Origin: Anaerolineae bacterium
GTDB taxonomy: Bacteria; Chloroflexota; Anaerolineae; B4-G1
DNA length: 52,939 bases
NCBI GenBank assembly: GCA_034437315.1
Contig: DAOTUC010000155.1
Span: forward strand, 1 to 52,939
Direction: 5' to 3'
Part shown: positions 34,773 through 43,558 of the stretch, one piece after another
Position numbering within the stretch: the stretch's first letter is position 1
How the letters are laid out: each line of letters starts with the position of its first letter
The notes under the pieces: model-generated
What the model saw: the letters and a program-made list of their open reading frames with translations, nothing else
Told to the model about the DNA's origin: nothing
Databases searched by the model: none
Program-made: the position numbers and the translations under genes

Positions 34773-35402
34773 ATGCCCGGAAAACTTTGTCCCAAAGTTA
34801 TCCTCGAAGGCACGCGATTGACCCACAAGACCGACATCGCTTTCGCGCTGAATGAGCATCCCCGCATCGTCGGGCCGCGCAAATATCGCTATCATTCCCC
34901 CATCATCTCAGCCGAGTGGTGCGCCTTCACCAACTTCCCCTGGGGGCGCGGGTTGATCAACTTCGAGCCCCACGAGGAACACCTGGCGCTGGAGACCTAC
35001 CACACCTGGGCGCGGCTCTTCGAGCTCCTGCGCTATTACTCGTGGATCGTGGACCGATTCCACATCTCCACCCGCGCCTACCAGCGCCAGACCTATGGCG
35101 TCGATTACAACTTCCGCTGGCTGGAACAGCGCCTGAAGCCCATCGGTTTCCGCCTGGTCTTCGTTACGCGGACGGCGGAATCCTTCGAGATGGCGCGCGC
35201 CGAACGACTCAAGGTCTCTGGCAATCCCGCGCAATACGACGACTTGCAGGCGTTCGTCAAGGAACAGGCGCTCATACGCCGCCTGGTCGACGAGTCGATC
35301 CTGCCGACCCTGGAATTGGATCTTTCGGACGACGACATTCCCCGCGCCGCCGAGCAGATCGCCGATTGGTTGGAACAGACCGGCGGCCTGTGGAGCAGTT
35401 AA
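34773..35402 (+). CDS. Hypothetical protein, nucleoside/nucleotide-kinase-like fold with a degenerate Walker A
   Basis: VILEGTRLTHKTD occupies the position of a kinase P-loop (EGxxGxGKT), and VDRFHISTRAYQ resembles the DRY..S..AYQ block of thymidylate/deoxynucleoside kinases. This is weak, recall-based similarity. Confidence 0.45.
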   Translation: MPGKLCPKVILEGTRLTHKTDIAFALNEHPRIVGPRKYRYHSPIISAEWCAFTNFPWGRGLINFEPHEEHLALETYHTWARLFELLRYYSWIVDRFHISTRAYQRQTYGVDYNFRWLEQRLKPIGFRLVFVTRTAESFEMARAERLKVSGNPAQYDDLQAFVKEQALIRRLVDESILPTLELDLSDDDIPRAAEQIADWLEQTGGLWSS

Positions 35403-35425
35403 AAAATGAATGGAAGAGGTGCATC

Positions 35426-38400
35426 ATGATGAGAACCCGCAGATCGCTGTTTTCGACCTGGATTTTGTTGATCGCCATACTCCTGAGCGCCTGCCAACCG
35501 ACGCCCACATCCACCCCGCCGCCGACTGCGCCCCCGGACACGCCGTCCGTGGCGACGCCCACCGCGCCTCCGCCGACCGAAACGCCTGCCCCCATCCCTT
35601 CCCCGTCTCCTGAAGGCGCTATTGATGAGGATGCCATTTATCTCGCCATCGTCTGGCACCAGCATCAGCCGCTCTATTACAAGGACCCAGATACCGGCGT
35701 CTACGCCAAGCCCTGGGTGCGCGTCCACGCCACCAAAGATTATTACGACATGGCGGCGATGGTGGAGGATTACCCCGACGTCCACGTCACCTTCAACTTG
35801 ACCCCCTCATTGATCAGGCAATTGGAGGATTTCGTCGCCGGCGCCAAGGACGAGTACTGGCTCCTGGCGGAGACTCCCGCCGCCGACCTGACCGCCGAGG
35901 AAAAGCTGGACGTCCTGCGCTACTTTTTCGACGCCAACTGGGATAACCAGATCGGCGTCTTTCCCCGCTACCAGGCGCTGCTCGATAAGCGCGGCGTCGA
36001 TGCCAGCGACGAGGCCCTGGCTGAGGCGGCAGAGCGTTTCACCGAGCAGGATTTCCGCGACTTGCAAATCTGGTTCCACCTTTCCTGGTTTGACCCCGAT
36101 TTCCTGTCCGCCGAACCGCTCAACTCCCTGGTCGAACAAGGGGCGGGATTCGCTGAGTCTGACAAACAGATCGTCTTCGACGAGACCCGCCGCATCCTGT
36201 CCGAGGTGTTACCGGTTCACGCTCGGCTCCAGAAAGCGGGGCAGATCGAGATCACGATGACGCCCTACGCCCATCCTATTCTGCCCCTGCTCTACGCCAC
36301 CGATCTGGCCCAGGTCGGCGCGCCGGACGCGACCCTGCCGACCCGTTTCTCCTATCCCCAGGACGCCATCGCCCAGGTAGAACTGGGCGTGGCCCGCTAC
36401 CGCGAACTCTTCGGGCAAGACCCGCGCGGCATGTGGCCCGCCGAGGGCGCCGTGGCCCAGGAGATCGTCAAAATGGTCTCCGACGCCGGCCTGCTCTGGA
36501 TGGCCTCCGGCGAGCAAGTGTTGGCCAAGTCCCTGGGCGTCGACGGGTTCACCCGCGACAGCCGGGACACCGTGCAGGAGGCCGATATGCTCTACCGGCC
36601 CTACTACGTCCGTCATCGCGACGAGCGGCCCGTCGCCATCATCTTCCGCGACTTGCTCATCTCCGACAAGATCGGCTTCACCTATTCCGGCATGCCGGGC
36701 AAACAGGCGGCCGCCGATTTCATCCAGCGCATTCACCACATCAAGGCCCAATTGGACGCGGCAGGCGCGGAAGGTCCCCATCTGGTCAGCGTGATCCTCG
36801 ACGGCGAGAACGCCTGGCAATATTACGACAACGACGGCAAGGAATTCCTGCACGAGATGTACCGCTTGCTCTCCGAGGATAACACCATCCAGACGGTAAC
36901 CCCCTCCGAGTACCTGGCGCGCTATCCCGAACAGCGGGAGATCGACCATCTGTGGCCCGGTTGCTGGTTCAGCCCCGACTTCGCCACATGGATCGGCGAG
37001 GACGAGGAAAACCAGGGCTGGGAATACCTGCGCCGCACTCGCAAGATGCTCGACCAATACCTCAAAGGGGATAAACAAGGCCAGGCCGCCGAGGCGCAAA
37101 TCGCGGCGGCCCTGGAGGCCATGTACGCCGCCGAGGGGTCCGATTGGTTCTGGTGGTACGGCGCCGACCAGGATTCCGGCGATGACCCCGCTTTCGACCG
37201 CATGTATCGTCAGACACTGATGGACGTCTACCGGGCGGTAGGGGAGGACGTCCCGACCTGGCTGAACGTGCCCATCATCCCCAGGGCCTCGCCGCCGCCA
37301 GCGCGGTCGGTGCAGGGGCTTTTCACGCCGGCAATTGATGGCGTCGCCAGCGCCGAAGAATGGGCCAACGCCGGCTTCTACCAGGAGCGGGGCGGCGCGA
37401 TGGCTCGCTCCGACGATCTGGTGGAGGCTCTGTACTACGGTTATGACCAGCAGACGCTCTATCTACGGTTGGAAAGCGTCCGTCCGTGGGCCGAATTGGG
37501 CGCGGAGACGGAGGCATTGATCTACGTATCTACGCCGGGCGCGCCTCAGGCTAACGGTGTCTCCCGTTACGGCGCGACGATGGAACCGCCCACTGTGCTC
37601 GGCTTTGGCGCCAGCCACGAGTTGCGGGTCTCCGTGGACGCTTTGACTACCACGCTCTCGGCAGCCGCCGAGGGGGGCGGATGGGAAATCGCGCCACCCG
37701 CAGAAACGGACGAGGGCCGCGAGGCCGCCCCTCAGGCCGCCCGCTCCGGGACGACGATGGAAATCGCGCTGCCCTTCCGCGCTCTGGGAGGCGAGTTGCG
37801 CACCGGCGACCCACTCAGTTTCGTCGCTGTGCTCAGCCAACAGGGGCGCGACGTCGACCTGGCGCCCTCAACCGGTCCGGCGCGGGTGACGACGCCGGAA
37901 CTGCATCCTATCATCCCCCTGCTGACCATCGAAGATCCTCAGGGAGATGACCATGGCCCCGGCAGTTATACCTATCCCACCGACCCGGTCTTCGATCCTG
38001 GCGCTTTCGACTTGCGCCAATTCGTCGTCGGCACCGATGAGGCGGGGGAGGAGTTGATCTTTGCCTTCACCTTCTTTGGGCCGTTGAACAATCCCTGGGG
38101 TTCCGGGAGCGGCCTGGCGGTGCAGACGTTGGACGTTTACATCGACGTGGATGGTCAGGCGGGATCAGGTCGTCGCATGCTGTTACCGGGGCGCAACGCC
38201 GCCCTCCCACTGGAACAGGCGTGGGATTACGCCATCTGGGCCGAGGGGTGGACGCCCGGCGTCTACTACGTGGACGAGGCCGGCGAGCCTAAGCCGATCA
38301 ACACCGAGTTGAACATCGCCGTCGATCCGGTCACGCGGAAGGTGACGCTCCGCGCGCCTCGCAGACTCTTCCCTGAGGGCGACCCGGCGACCTGGTGCTA

Positions 38401-38665
38401 CCTGGGCGTGGTGTTAGGTCAGGAGGGCTTCCCCGCCGCTGGCGTCTGGCGGGTGCGCGACGTGGAATCCCAGGCCGCCCAATGGCGCTTCGGCGGCGCG
38501 CCGCGAGACACCAACCACACCCGCATCATCGACCTGGGATGGCCCGCCGACGCCGTCCCCTCTCAAGAGGACATGTTGTCCAACTACCCCTCCTCCTCGG
38601 AGACGGATATGGACGCCCTGGGGCCGGACGACTTCGCCCAGGTGGAGATGGCGTCGCCAGAGTAA
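35426..38665 (+). CDS. GH57 family amylopullulanase / alpha-amylase lipoprotein with glucodextranase-like C-terminal domain
   Basis: Lipobox LLSAC plus Pro/Thr linker. GH57 N-terminus AIVWHQHQPLYY...VHATKDYYDMAAM...TFNLTPSLIRQLEDF...ITMTPYAHPILPLL. C-terminal DPQGDDHGPGSYTYPTDPVFDPGAFDL. The ORF-track start at 34916 is a 170-codon upstream read-through overlapping the previous gene. Confidence 0.85.
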   Translation: MMRTRRSLFSTWILLIAILLSACQPTPTSTPPPTAPPDTPSVATPTAPPPTETPAPIPSPSPEGAIDEDAIYLAIVWHQHQPLYYKDPDTGVYAKPWVRVHATKDYYDMAAMVEDYPDVHVTFNLTPSLIRQLEDFVAGAKDEYWLLAETPAADLTAEEKLDVLRYFFDANWDNQIGVFPRYQALLDKRGVDASDEALAEAAERFTEQDFRDLQIWFHLSWFDPDFLSAEPLNSLVEQGAGFAESDKQIVFDETRRILSEVLPVHARLQKAGQIEITMTPYAHPILPLLYATDLAQVGAPDATLPTRFSYPQDAIAQVELGVARYRELFGQDPRGMWPAEGAVAQEIVKMVSDAGLLWMASGEQVLAKSLGVDGFTRDSRDTVQEADMLYRPYYVRHRDERPVAIIFRDLLISDKIGFTYSGMPGKQAAADFIQRIHHIKAQLDAAGAEGPHLVSVILDGENAWQYYDNDGKEFLHEMYRLLSEDNTIQTVTPSEYLARYPEQREIDHLWPGCWFSPDFATWIGEDEENQGWEYLRRTRKMLDQYLKGDKQGQAAEAQIAAALEAMYAAEGSDWFWWYGADQDSGDDPAFDRMYRQTLMDVYRAVGEDVPTWLNVPIIPRASPPPARSVQGLFTPAIDGVASAEEWANAGFYQERGGAMARSDDLVEALYYGYDQQTLYLRLESVRPWAELGAETEALIYVSTPGAPQANGVSRYGATMEPPTVLGFGASHELRVSVDALTTTLSAAAEGGGWEIAPPAETDEGREAAPQAARSGTTMEIALPFRALGGELRTGDPLSFVAVLSQQGRDVDLAPSTGPARVTTPELHPIIPLLTIEDPQGDDHGPGSYTYPTDPVFDPGAFDLRQFVVGTDEAGEELIFAFTFFGPLNNPWGSGSGLAVQTLDVYIDVDGQAGSGRRMLLPGRNAALPLEQAWDYAIWAEGWTPGVYYVDEAGEPKPINTELNIAVDPVTRKVTLRAPRRLFPEGDPATWCYLGVVLGQEGFPAAGVWRVRDVESQAAQWRFGGAPRDTNHTRIIDLGWPADAVPSQEDMLSNYPSSSETDMDALGPDDFAQVEMASPE

Positions 38666-38785
38666 TCAGTTTCACTGCAATGACCTCTCAGAATGATATG
38701 GGTTGTTTGTAGTGCGGGCGCTAGATAGCGGCGCTAGATCTAGATAGCGGCTTCAGCGCGCTTTTACGGCGATAAATCGCCTACT

Positions 38786-38833
38786 ACGAACTTGGCCCCA
38801 AACGAACTTGGTCGCAAACGAACTTGGCCCCAG
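38786..38833. repeat. 16-bp tandem repeat x3 (ACGAACTTGGCCCCAA)
   Basis: Units at 38786, 38802 (variant) and 38818. Confidence 0.85.
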
Positions 38834-38882
38834 ATGAAATGAAACACACCCGAATGATATGGGTCTGTCGCGCTATTAGCGT

Positions 38883-38911
38883 TTGACAATCATAGCGAGA
38901 TACGCTATGAT
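38883..38911 (+). promoter_or_regulatory. Near-consensus promoter with internal inverted repeat (toxin-antitoxin-type operator) upstream of the higB remnant
   Basis: TTGACA (38883-38888), 17 nt, TATGAT (38906-38911). CATAGCG-AGATA-CGCTATG (38891-38909) lies within it. Confidence 0.6.
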
Positions 38912-38920
38912 TTGAGCATA

Positions 38921-39101
38921 ATGATCAAGCGTTTCACGTGCAATGAAACCAAAAAGCTGTTCCAGCGGGAGTTTTCACGCAAACTCCCGCAAAATATCAA
39001 ACGGGTTGCACGGCGAAAGCTGCTAATCTTGGATGCAGCAGAGATGTTGGAGGACTTGCGTGTGCCACCCGGAAACCGTTTGGGGCAACTGCCAGGGAAT
39101 A
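38921..39101 (+). pseudogene. higB: HigB-type (RelE/ParE superfamily) toxin remnant, C-terminal third missing
   Basis: MIKRFTCNETKKLFQREFSRKLPQNIKRVARRKLLILDAAEMLEDLRVPPGNRL matches the HigB 'plasmid maintenance killer' N-terminus. The expected ...GQYSIRINDQWRICF segment is absent, and no HigA-like HTH gene follows. Confidence 0.6.
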
Positions 39102-39216
39102 ACACTTCTCCCGGCTTAAAAATCACCTGCTTGGCTGAGCTCCCGATTATCAACTTGTCGGTCCCATGTTGGAGACCTGGACTAGCACCTGGACTAGCAA
39201 AGGACTATGCGCATAA

Positions 39217-39582
39217 ATGTACCCAGATAGTGAAATTCTCTTTCCATCCCGTTGTATCTCTCAGTTACGAAACCTGCGTGATGAAGAATGGGCCAAACTG
39301 ATCGATCACATTGCCTCACTGCCCGACGGGCACGAGGACGTTCTCGGATTGTCCCGACTGATGATTGAGTTGGGCAGTTGCCTGACCTGTGACCTGGACA
39401 GCTACCGCGCCTCGTTAGGATGCTGCACGTGTGCCTGCCGGTCCATCAGTGGCTTCAAAGGCTCCGATGAGGAACTGATCGAGCAATTTGAACAGGCCCG
39501 AGACGAAGTCCGAGAATACATCGAAGCGGACGACATCCCCGCTCCCATCAAGGCCATGGTCGTCAGGGAACCCGCCTCATAA
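39217..39582 (+). CDS. Cys-rich hypothetical protein (121 aa)
   Basis: Open frame with coding-like composition. Cluster CLTCDLDSYRASLGCCTCAC. Weak RBS. No family recognised. Confidence 0.4.
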   Translation: MYPDSEILFPSRCISQLRNLRDEEWAKLIDHIASLPDGHEDVLGLSRLMIELGSCLTCDLDSYRASLGCCTCACRSISGFKGSDEELIEQFEQARDEVREYIEADDIPAPIKAMVVREPAS

Positions 39583-39636
39583 TCGCGCACTCGTTTGTTC
39601 ACTTGCCACTCGCGCGAAGCGCCGTATAATCACGAT

Positions 39637-41334
39637 ATGATGCGTAAAGCGCCCCTTTTGCTCAGCCTGCTGCTGTTGTCGCTTCTGCCTGCCTGTCAGA
39701 TGCCACTCTCTGATTGGATGTTCAATCACACCGGGGAGAATGCGCCATTATCTCAAGTGCGTGGGATGGCGCTGTTGGCGACCAATGTCTTGCATCCCCC
39801 GCCCCAGACCATCGACCTGACCCCTATCCCCCACACCGGCGTCAACCCTTTCGGGATCAACGTCTTCCTTAATGAAGAGGTCGAGAAGGCCAAACGCGAG
39901 CGCTCGGTGCAGATGATCGCTGAGGCTGGTTTCCATTGGTTGCGTCAGGAATTCCCCTGGGAGGACATCGAGATTCACGGCAAGGGGGATTTTGAGGATC
40001 GGCGTCACGAACCGCACCGTTCCGCCTGGGAAAAGTATGATCACATCGTCGATTTGGCCGAGCAATATGGCCTGGCGGTCGTCCCCCGCCTGAGCAACCC
40101 GCCCGCCTGGACCCGCGCCCTGACCAATACCATCGGCGTCTACGCCCCGCCCGACGACTTTTCCGACTGGGGCGATTACGTCCACGCCGTCGTCTCGCGC
40201 TACCGGGGGCGGGTGCGCTATTACCAACTGTGGAACGAGCCGAATATCTACCCGGAATGGGGCGAGCGCCCGGTCGACCCGGAGGGCTACACGCGGCTCC
40301 TGTGCGAGGGTTACCGGCGCGCCAAGGAGGCCGACCCAGACGCGGTCATCGTCAGCGGCGCGTTGGCTCCAACTGTCTCCCTCGATCCAGGCCCCGGGCC
40401 GGGGTTGGGATTGCGCGATTTCGTCTTCCTCCAGCGCATGTACGACGCTGGCGCATCCGCCTGTTTTGACGTTATGGCTGTCAACGATTATATGCTCTGG
40501 TCCGGGCCCACCGACCGGCGTATGCAGCCCCTCAACGTCAATTTCGCTCGCCCAATCTACATCCGCGATCTGATGGTCGCCAATGGAGACGCGCATAAAG
40601 CGATCTGGATCAGCGAGATGAACGCTAACGCCGTGCCCAACGATCCCGATATCCATGGCGTGGGCGTCTATGGCCAGGTGACGTTGGACCAGCAGGCCCG
40701 CTATGCCCCCCTGGCCTACCAGCGGGCGATGGAAGAATGGCCCTGGGCAGGCGTCGTCAACTTCTGGTTCTTCAAGCGCGCCTCTGACGCCGAGCGAGAC
40801 CAATCCTGGTACTATTTTCGCATGGTCGAACCGGATTTTACGCCCCTACCGGTCTACGAGCGTGTGCGCGAATACACCGCCAACTTCGAACCCGCCCTCC
40901 ACGTCGGCGCGCACCAGGAGGATCACTGGGCGCTGGATTACCGGGGCGAGTGGGAGACGGTCGAGAGCGAGAACACGATCCTGGGCGCTTATCGCACCGC
41001 GACAGAACCGGGGGCCGCGCTGCGCTTTGCGTTCGACGGCGCCTCCCTGACGCTCCATCCCGGCCCTGGCGCGGGCGAGATCGAAATCCGGGTCGATGGG
41101 CAAGCGCCCCGGCGCATATCGCTCGACGGGCGGCCGGCGTGGCTCGCGCGGGGGCTGCGAGAGACGCGCCGGGAGGCGACGCTGATCGCGGTCTCTGGCG
41201 ATGTGGGGGTCGATATGCTGGTCGTCCACCGCTCGGCGCTCAGATCGGTTCTGGTGAACGCCCGCGCGCTCGTCTACCTCGCCCTGGGTTTGGTCTGCGT
41301 TGGGGGGCTGGTCCATATCTTTCGCCGCCGGTGA
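39637..41334 (+). CDS. Clan GH-A (cellulase/GH5- or GH39-like TIM barrel) glycoside hydrolase lipoprotein with C-terminal TM anchor
   Basis: Lipobox LLPAC. FHWLRQEFPWEDIE and the acid/base NEP motif in YQLWNEPNIY. C-terminal hydrophobic helix LVYLALGLVCVGGLVHIF. Confidence 0.6.
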   Translation: MMRKAPLLLSLLLLSLLPACQMPLSDWMFNHTGENAPLSQVRGMALLATNVLHPPPQTIDLTPIPHTGVNPFGINVFLNEEVEKAKRERSVQMIAEAGFHWLRQEFPWEDIEIHGKGDFEDRRHEPHRSAWEKYDHIVDLAEQYGLAVVPRLSNPPAWTRALTNTIGVYAPPDDFSDWGDYVHAVVSRYRGRVRYYQLWNEPNIYPEWGERPVDPEGYTRLLCEGYRRAKEADPDAVIVSGALAPTVSLDPGPGPGLGLRDFVFLQRMYDAGASACFDVMAVNDYMLWSGPTDRRMQPLNVNFARPIYIRDLMVANGDAHKAIWISEMNANAVPNDPDIHGVGVYGQVTLDQQARYAPLAYQRAMEEWPWAGVVNFWFFKRASDAERDQSWYYFRMVEPDFTPLPVYERVREYTANFEPALHVGAHQEDHWALDYRGEWETVESENTILGAYRTATEPGAALRFAFDGASLTLHPGPGAGEIEIRVDGQAPRRISLDGRPAWLARGLRETRREATLIAVSGDVGVDMLVVHRSALRSVLVNARALVYLALGLVCVGGLVHIFRRR

Positions 41335-41377
41335 ATCGGGTGATTGGGCGATTAGGTGACTGGGTGATTGCTAAACG

Positions 41378-43378
41378 ATGACGATTGCGCCCCAATCCGC
41401 GTTTTATATTTCCCGCCCGATTCGTTACGCGCTGCTGGTCGCGCTGTTGTTGCTGGCCTTTTTCCTCCGCTTCTATCGCCTGGATGAGCAATCCTTCTGG
41501 AACGACGAGGGCAACTCGGCCCGCATCGCCGAGCGCCCCGTCCGCCTGATCGTGGCGGGGGCCGGCGGCGATATTCACCCGCCGGGCTATTATCTCTTGC
41601 TCCATTACTGGCGCGCGCTGTTTGGACACACAGAGTTCGCGTTGCGCGCCTTTTCGGCGATGTGCGGTGTTGTCATGCTCGCCTTCACCTATCTGTTGGG
41701 ACGCCGCCTGTTTGATCCCACCACAGGCCTGACTGCCGCTTTCCTGGGCGCGATTTCGCCCCTCGCCGTCTACTATGCCCAGGAGGCCCGCATGTACGCT
41801 CTTCTGGGTGCCCTATCGGCGATTTCCACTTACCTGTTTCTGCGTCTCTTACCGCGTCCCGGCTTGACCGTCGCCGGGCGCGAACGCTTCGCCTACGTCC
41901 TCGCTGCCGCCGCCGGACTCTACACTCAATACGCCTTTCCCTTCGTGCTCATCGTCCATAACGTCGTTTTTGGGCTGTGGTGGTTGATCCGGATACGCCG
42001 TGCCGGGCCCCGCTGTCGCCGCCTGCTTGTATGGATCGGATTCCAGCTCGCCGTCGCCGCGCTCTACCTGCCCTGGCTGCCCACCGCTATCCGGAGCGTC
42101 ACCGGCTGGTCGCCAGCCGGCCGGTCTTACGAGTTGATCCCGGCCCTGTTCGACATGCTGCGTGTGCTCAGCGTCGGCGTCACGCTCCCCACGGAGCGCG
42201 CCGTCGTCGCCCTGGTTACCGCTGGGGCGCTGCTCATCGTCGGCCTTTTGGGCGGCTCTCCTATCGGGAAGCCGGCGCCAGGCCGACGCGAAACCATTCC
42301 CTCGCCTGTGTTTAATATCGTGGTCATGGCGATTTATTTACTCTTGCCCATCGCCTTGATTCTCGCATTCGATCTCTACAAATCGGAATGGCTCAAATTT
42401 CTCATCGTTATTCTTCCGCCCTTTCACATCCTCCTGGCCCACGCCATCCACCGCCATCCGTCGCTTATTACTCTCTCGCTGGCCTTTATCCTGGCGCTAT
42501 GTATTCCCACTGCCATCTCTCTCCACAATCTTTATTTCGATCCCGCCTACCGCCGCGACGATTACCGGCAGATCGCCGCCGACGTCGAGACTTACGCTCG
42601 TCCGGCCGATGGAATTATCCTCAACGCGCCCAACCAGTGGGAGGTCTTCACCTACTATTACCCTGATCATTATGTCTATCCGGCCCCCTACCATCCCATG
42701 CCCAAAGAAGTGGATGCGTTCCTGACCCCGCTGCTGGCGGATCACCGGCGGCTCTTCGTGCTCTACTGGGGCGACGCAGAGGCGGATCCGCGTCGGCTCA
42801 TTGAGAGCGCGTTATCGCGCCGCGCCTACAAAGCCCGCGATTGGTGGTACGGGCGCGTGCGCCTGTCGATATACGGGACGGCCCCCTTATCTCAAGCGCC
42901 CCAGTCGTCGCTCGACGCCCATTTCGGCGGACGCACAGGCGACCGCATCACGCTGCGCGGCTATGCGCTGGCGGATGTAGACGAAGCGTTCGCGCCCGGC
43001 GACGTCGTCCCGCTGACGCTGTTCTGGCAGGCCCAGGCCCCTGTCGCCGGGCGATACAAGGTGACCGTCCAACTCCTCGATGGACAGGGTCATTTGGTCG
43101 CTCAGCAGGATACCGAGCCCCGCGACGGACTCCTGCCGACGAGCGATTGGCAGCCGGATCGGGCTCTCGCCGATCACTATGGCGTCTGGTTGCCTTCGGC
43201 TCTTCCGCCCGGCGATTATCCTCTGTTCGTCGGCCTCTACGATGTGCACACAGGGGAGCGCTTGCCCGTCACTGCCGATGACCAACCGGTCGACAACAAT
43301 CTGTTGCCCCTGCGCGACATTCGCGTCATACCTCCCGACGCTCGCTTGCCCAGTTTGCTCACTCATGGTAGACTCTAA
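41378..43378 (+). CDS. GT39/GT83-like (PMT/ArnT-type) membrane glycosyltransferase
   Basis: More than 10 TM helices, first-loop acidic motif FWNDEGNS, IHPPGYYLLLHYW, and a large C-terminal extracytoplasmic domain. Confidence 0.8.
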   Translation: MTIAPQSAFYISRPIRYALLVALLLLAFFLRFYRLDEQSFWNDEGNSARIAERPVRLIVAGAGGDIHPPGYYLLLHYWRALFGHTEFALRAFSAMCGVVMLAFTYLLGRRLFDPTTGLTAAFLGAISPLAVYYAQEARMYALLGALSAISTYLFLRLLPRPGLTVAGRERFAYVLAAAAGLYTQYAFPFVLIVHNVVFGLWWLIRIRRAGPRCRRLLVWIGFQLAVAALYLPWLPTAIRSVTGWSPAGRSYELIPALFDMLRVLSVGVTLPTERAVVALVTAGALLIVGLLGGSPIGKPAPGRRETIPSPVFNIVVMAIYLLLPIALILAFDLYKSEWLKFLIVILPPFHILLAHAIHRHPSLITLSLAFILALCIPTAISLHNLYFDPAYRRDDYRQIAADVETYARPADGIILNAPNQWEVFTYYYPDHYVYPAPYHPMPKEVDAFLTPLLADHRRLFVLYWGDAEADPRRLIESALSRRAYKARDWWYGRVRLSIYGTAPLSQAPQSSLDAHFGGRTGDRITLRGYALADVDEAFAPGDVVPLTLFWQAQAPVAGRYKVTVQLLDGQGHLVAQQDTEPRDGLLPTSDWQPDRALADHYGVWLPSALPPGDYPLFVGLYDVHTGERLPVTADDQPVDNNLLPLRDIRVIPPDARLPSLLTHGRL

Positions 43379-43425
43379 AAATCATCTAGAATCCTTGCAC
43401 AGCGAGCAAGAATTTGGTGGCCAAG

Positions 43426-43513
43426 AGAGTCTTAAATAATCGCTCTAGCCACCGTCCCGGGGGCGCTAATCGGCCCGATGACGGGCCTCTGAGCGAATTT
43501 TTTAATAGTCTCT
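43426..43513 (+). repeat. ~85-bp palindromic intergenic repeat, copy 4
   Basis: AGAGTCTTAAATAATCGCTCTAGCCACCGTCCCGGGGGCGCTAATCGGCCCGATGACGGGCCTCTGAGCGAATTTTTTAATAGTCTCT. Confidence 0.9.
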
Positions 43514-43558
43514 CAACAGCTCTTTTTAGCTCTGGCTCGTCCAGGTTAGGAGATCATT

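Noticed and set aside
34916-35425. 170-codon N-terminal extension of the GH57 ORF, overlapping the preceding gene.
   Set aside because: The extension is Arg/Pro/Gly-rich and overlaps a gene with coding-like sequence in another frame. A proper RBS, ATG and lipoprotein signal peptide occur at 35426.
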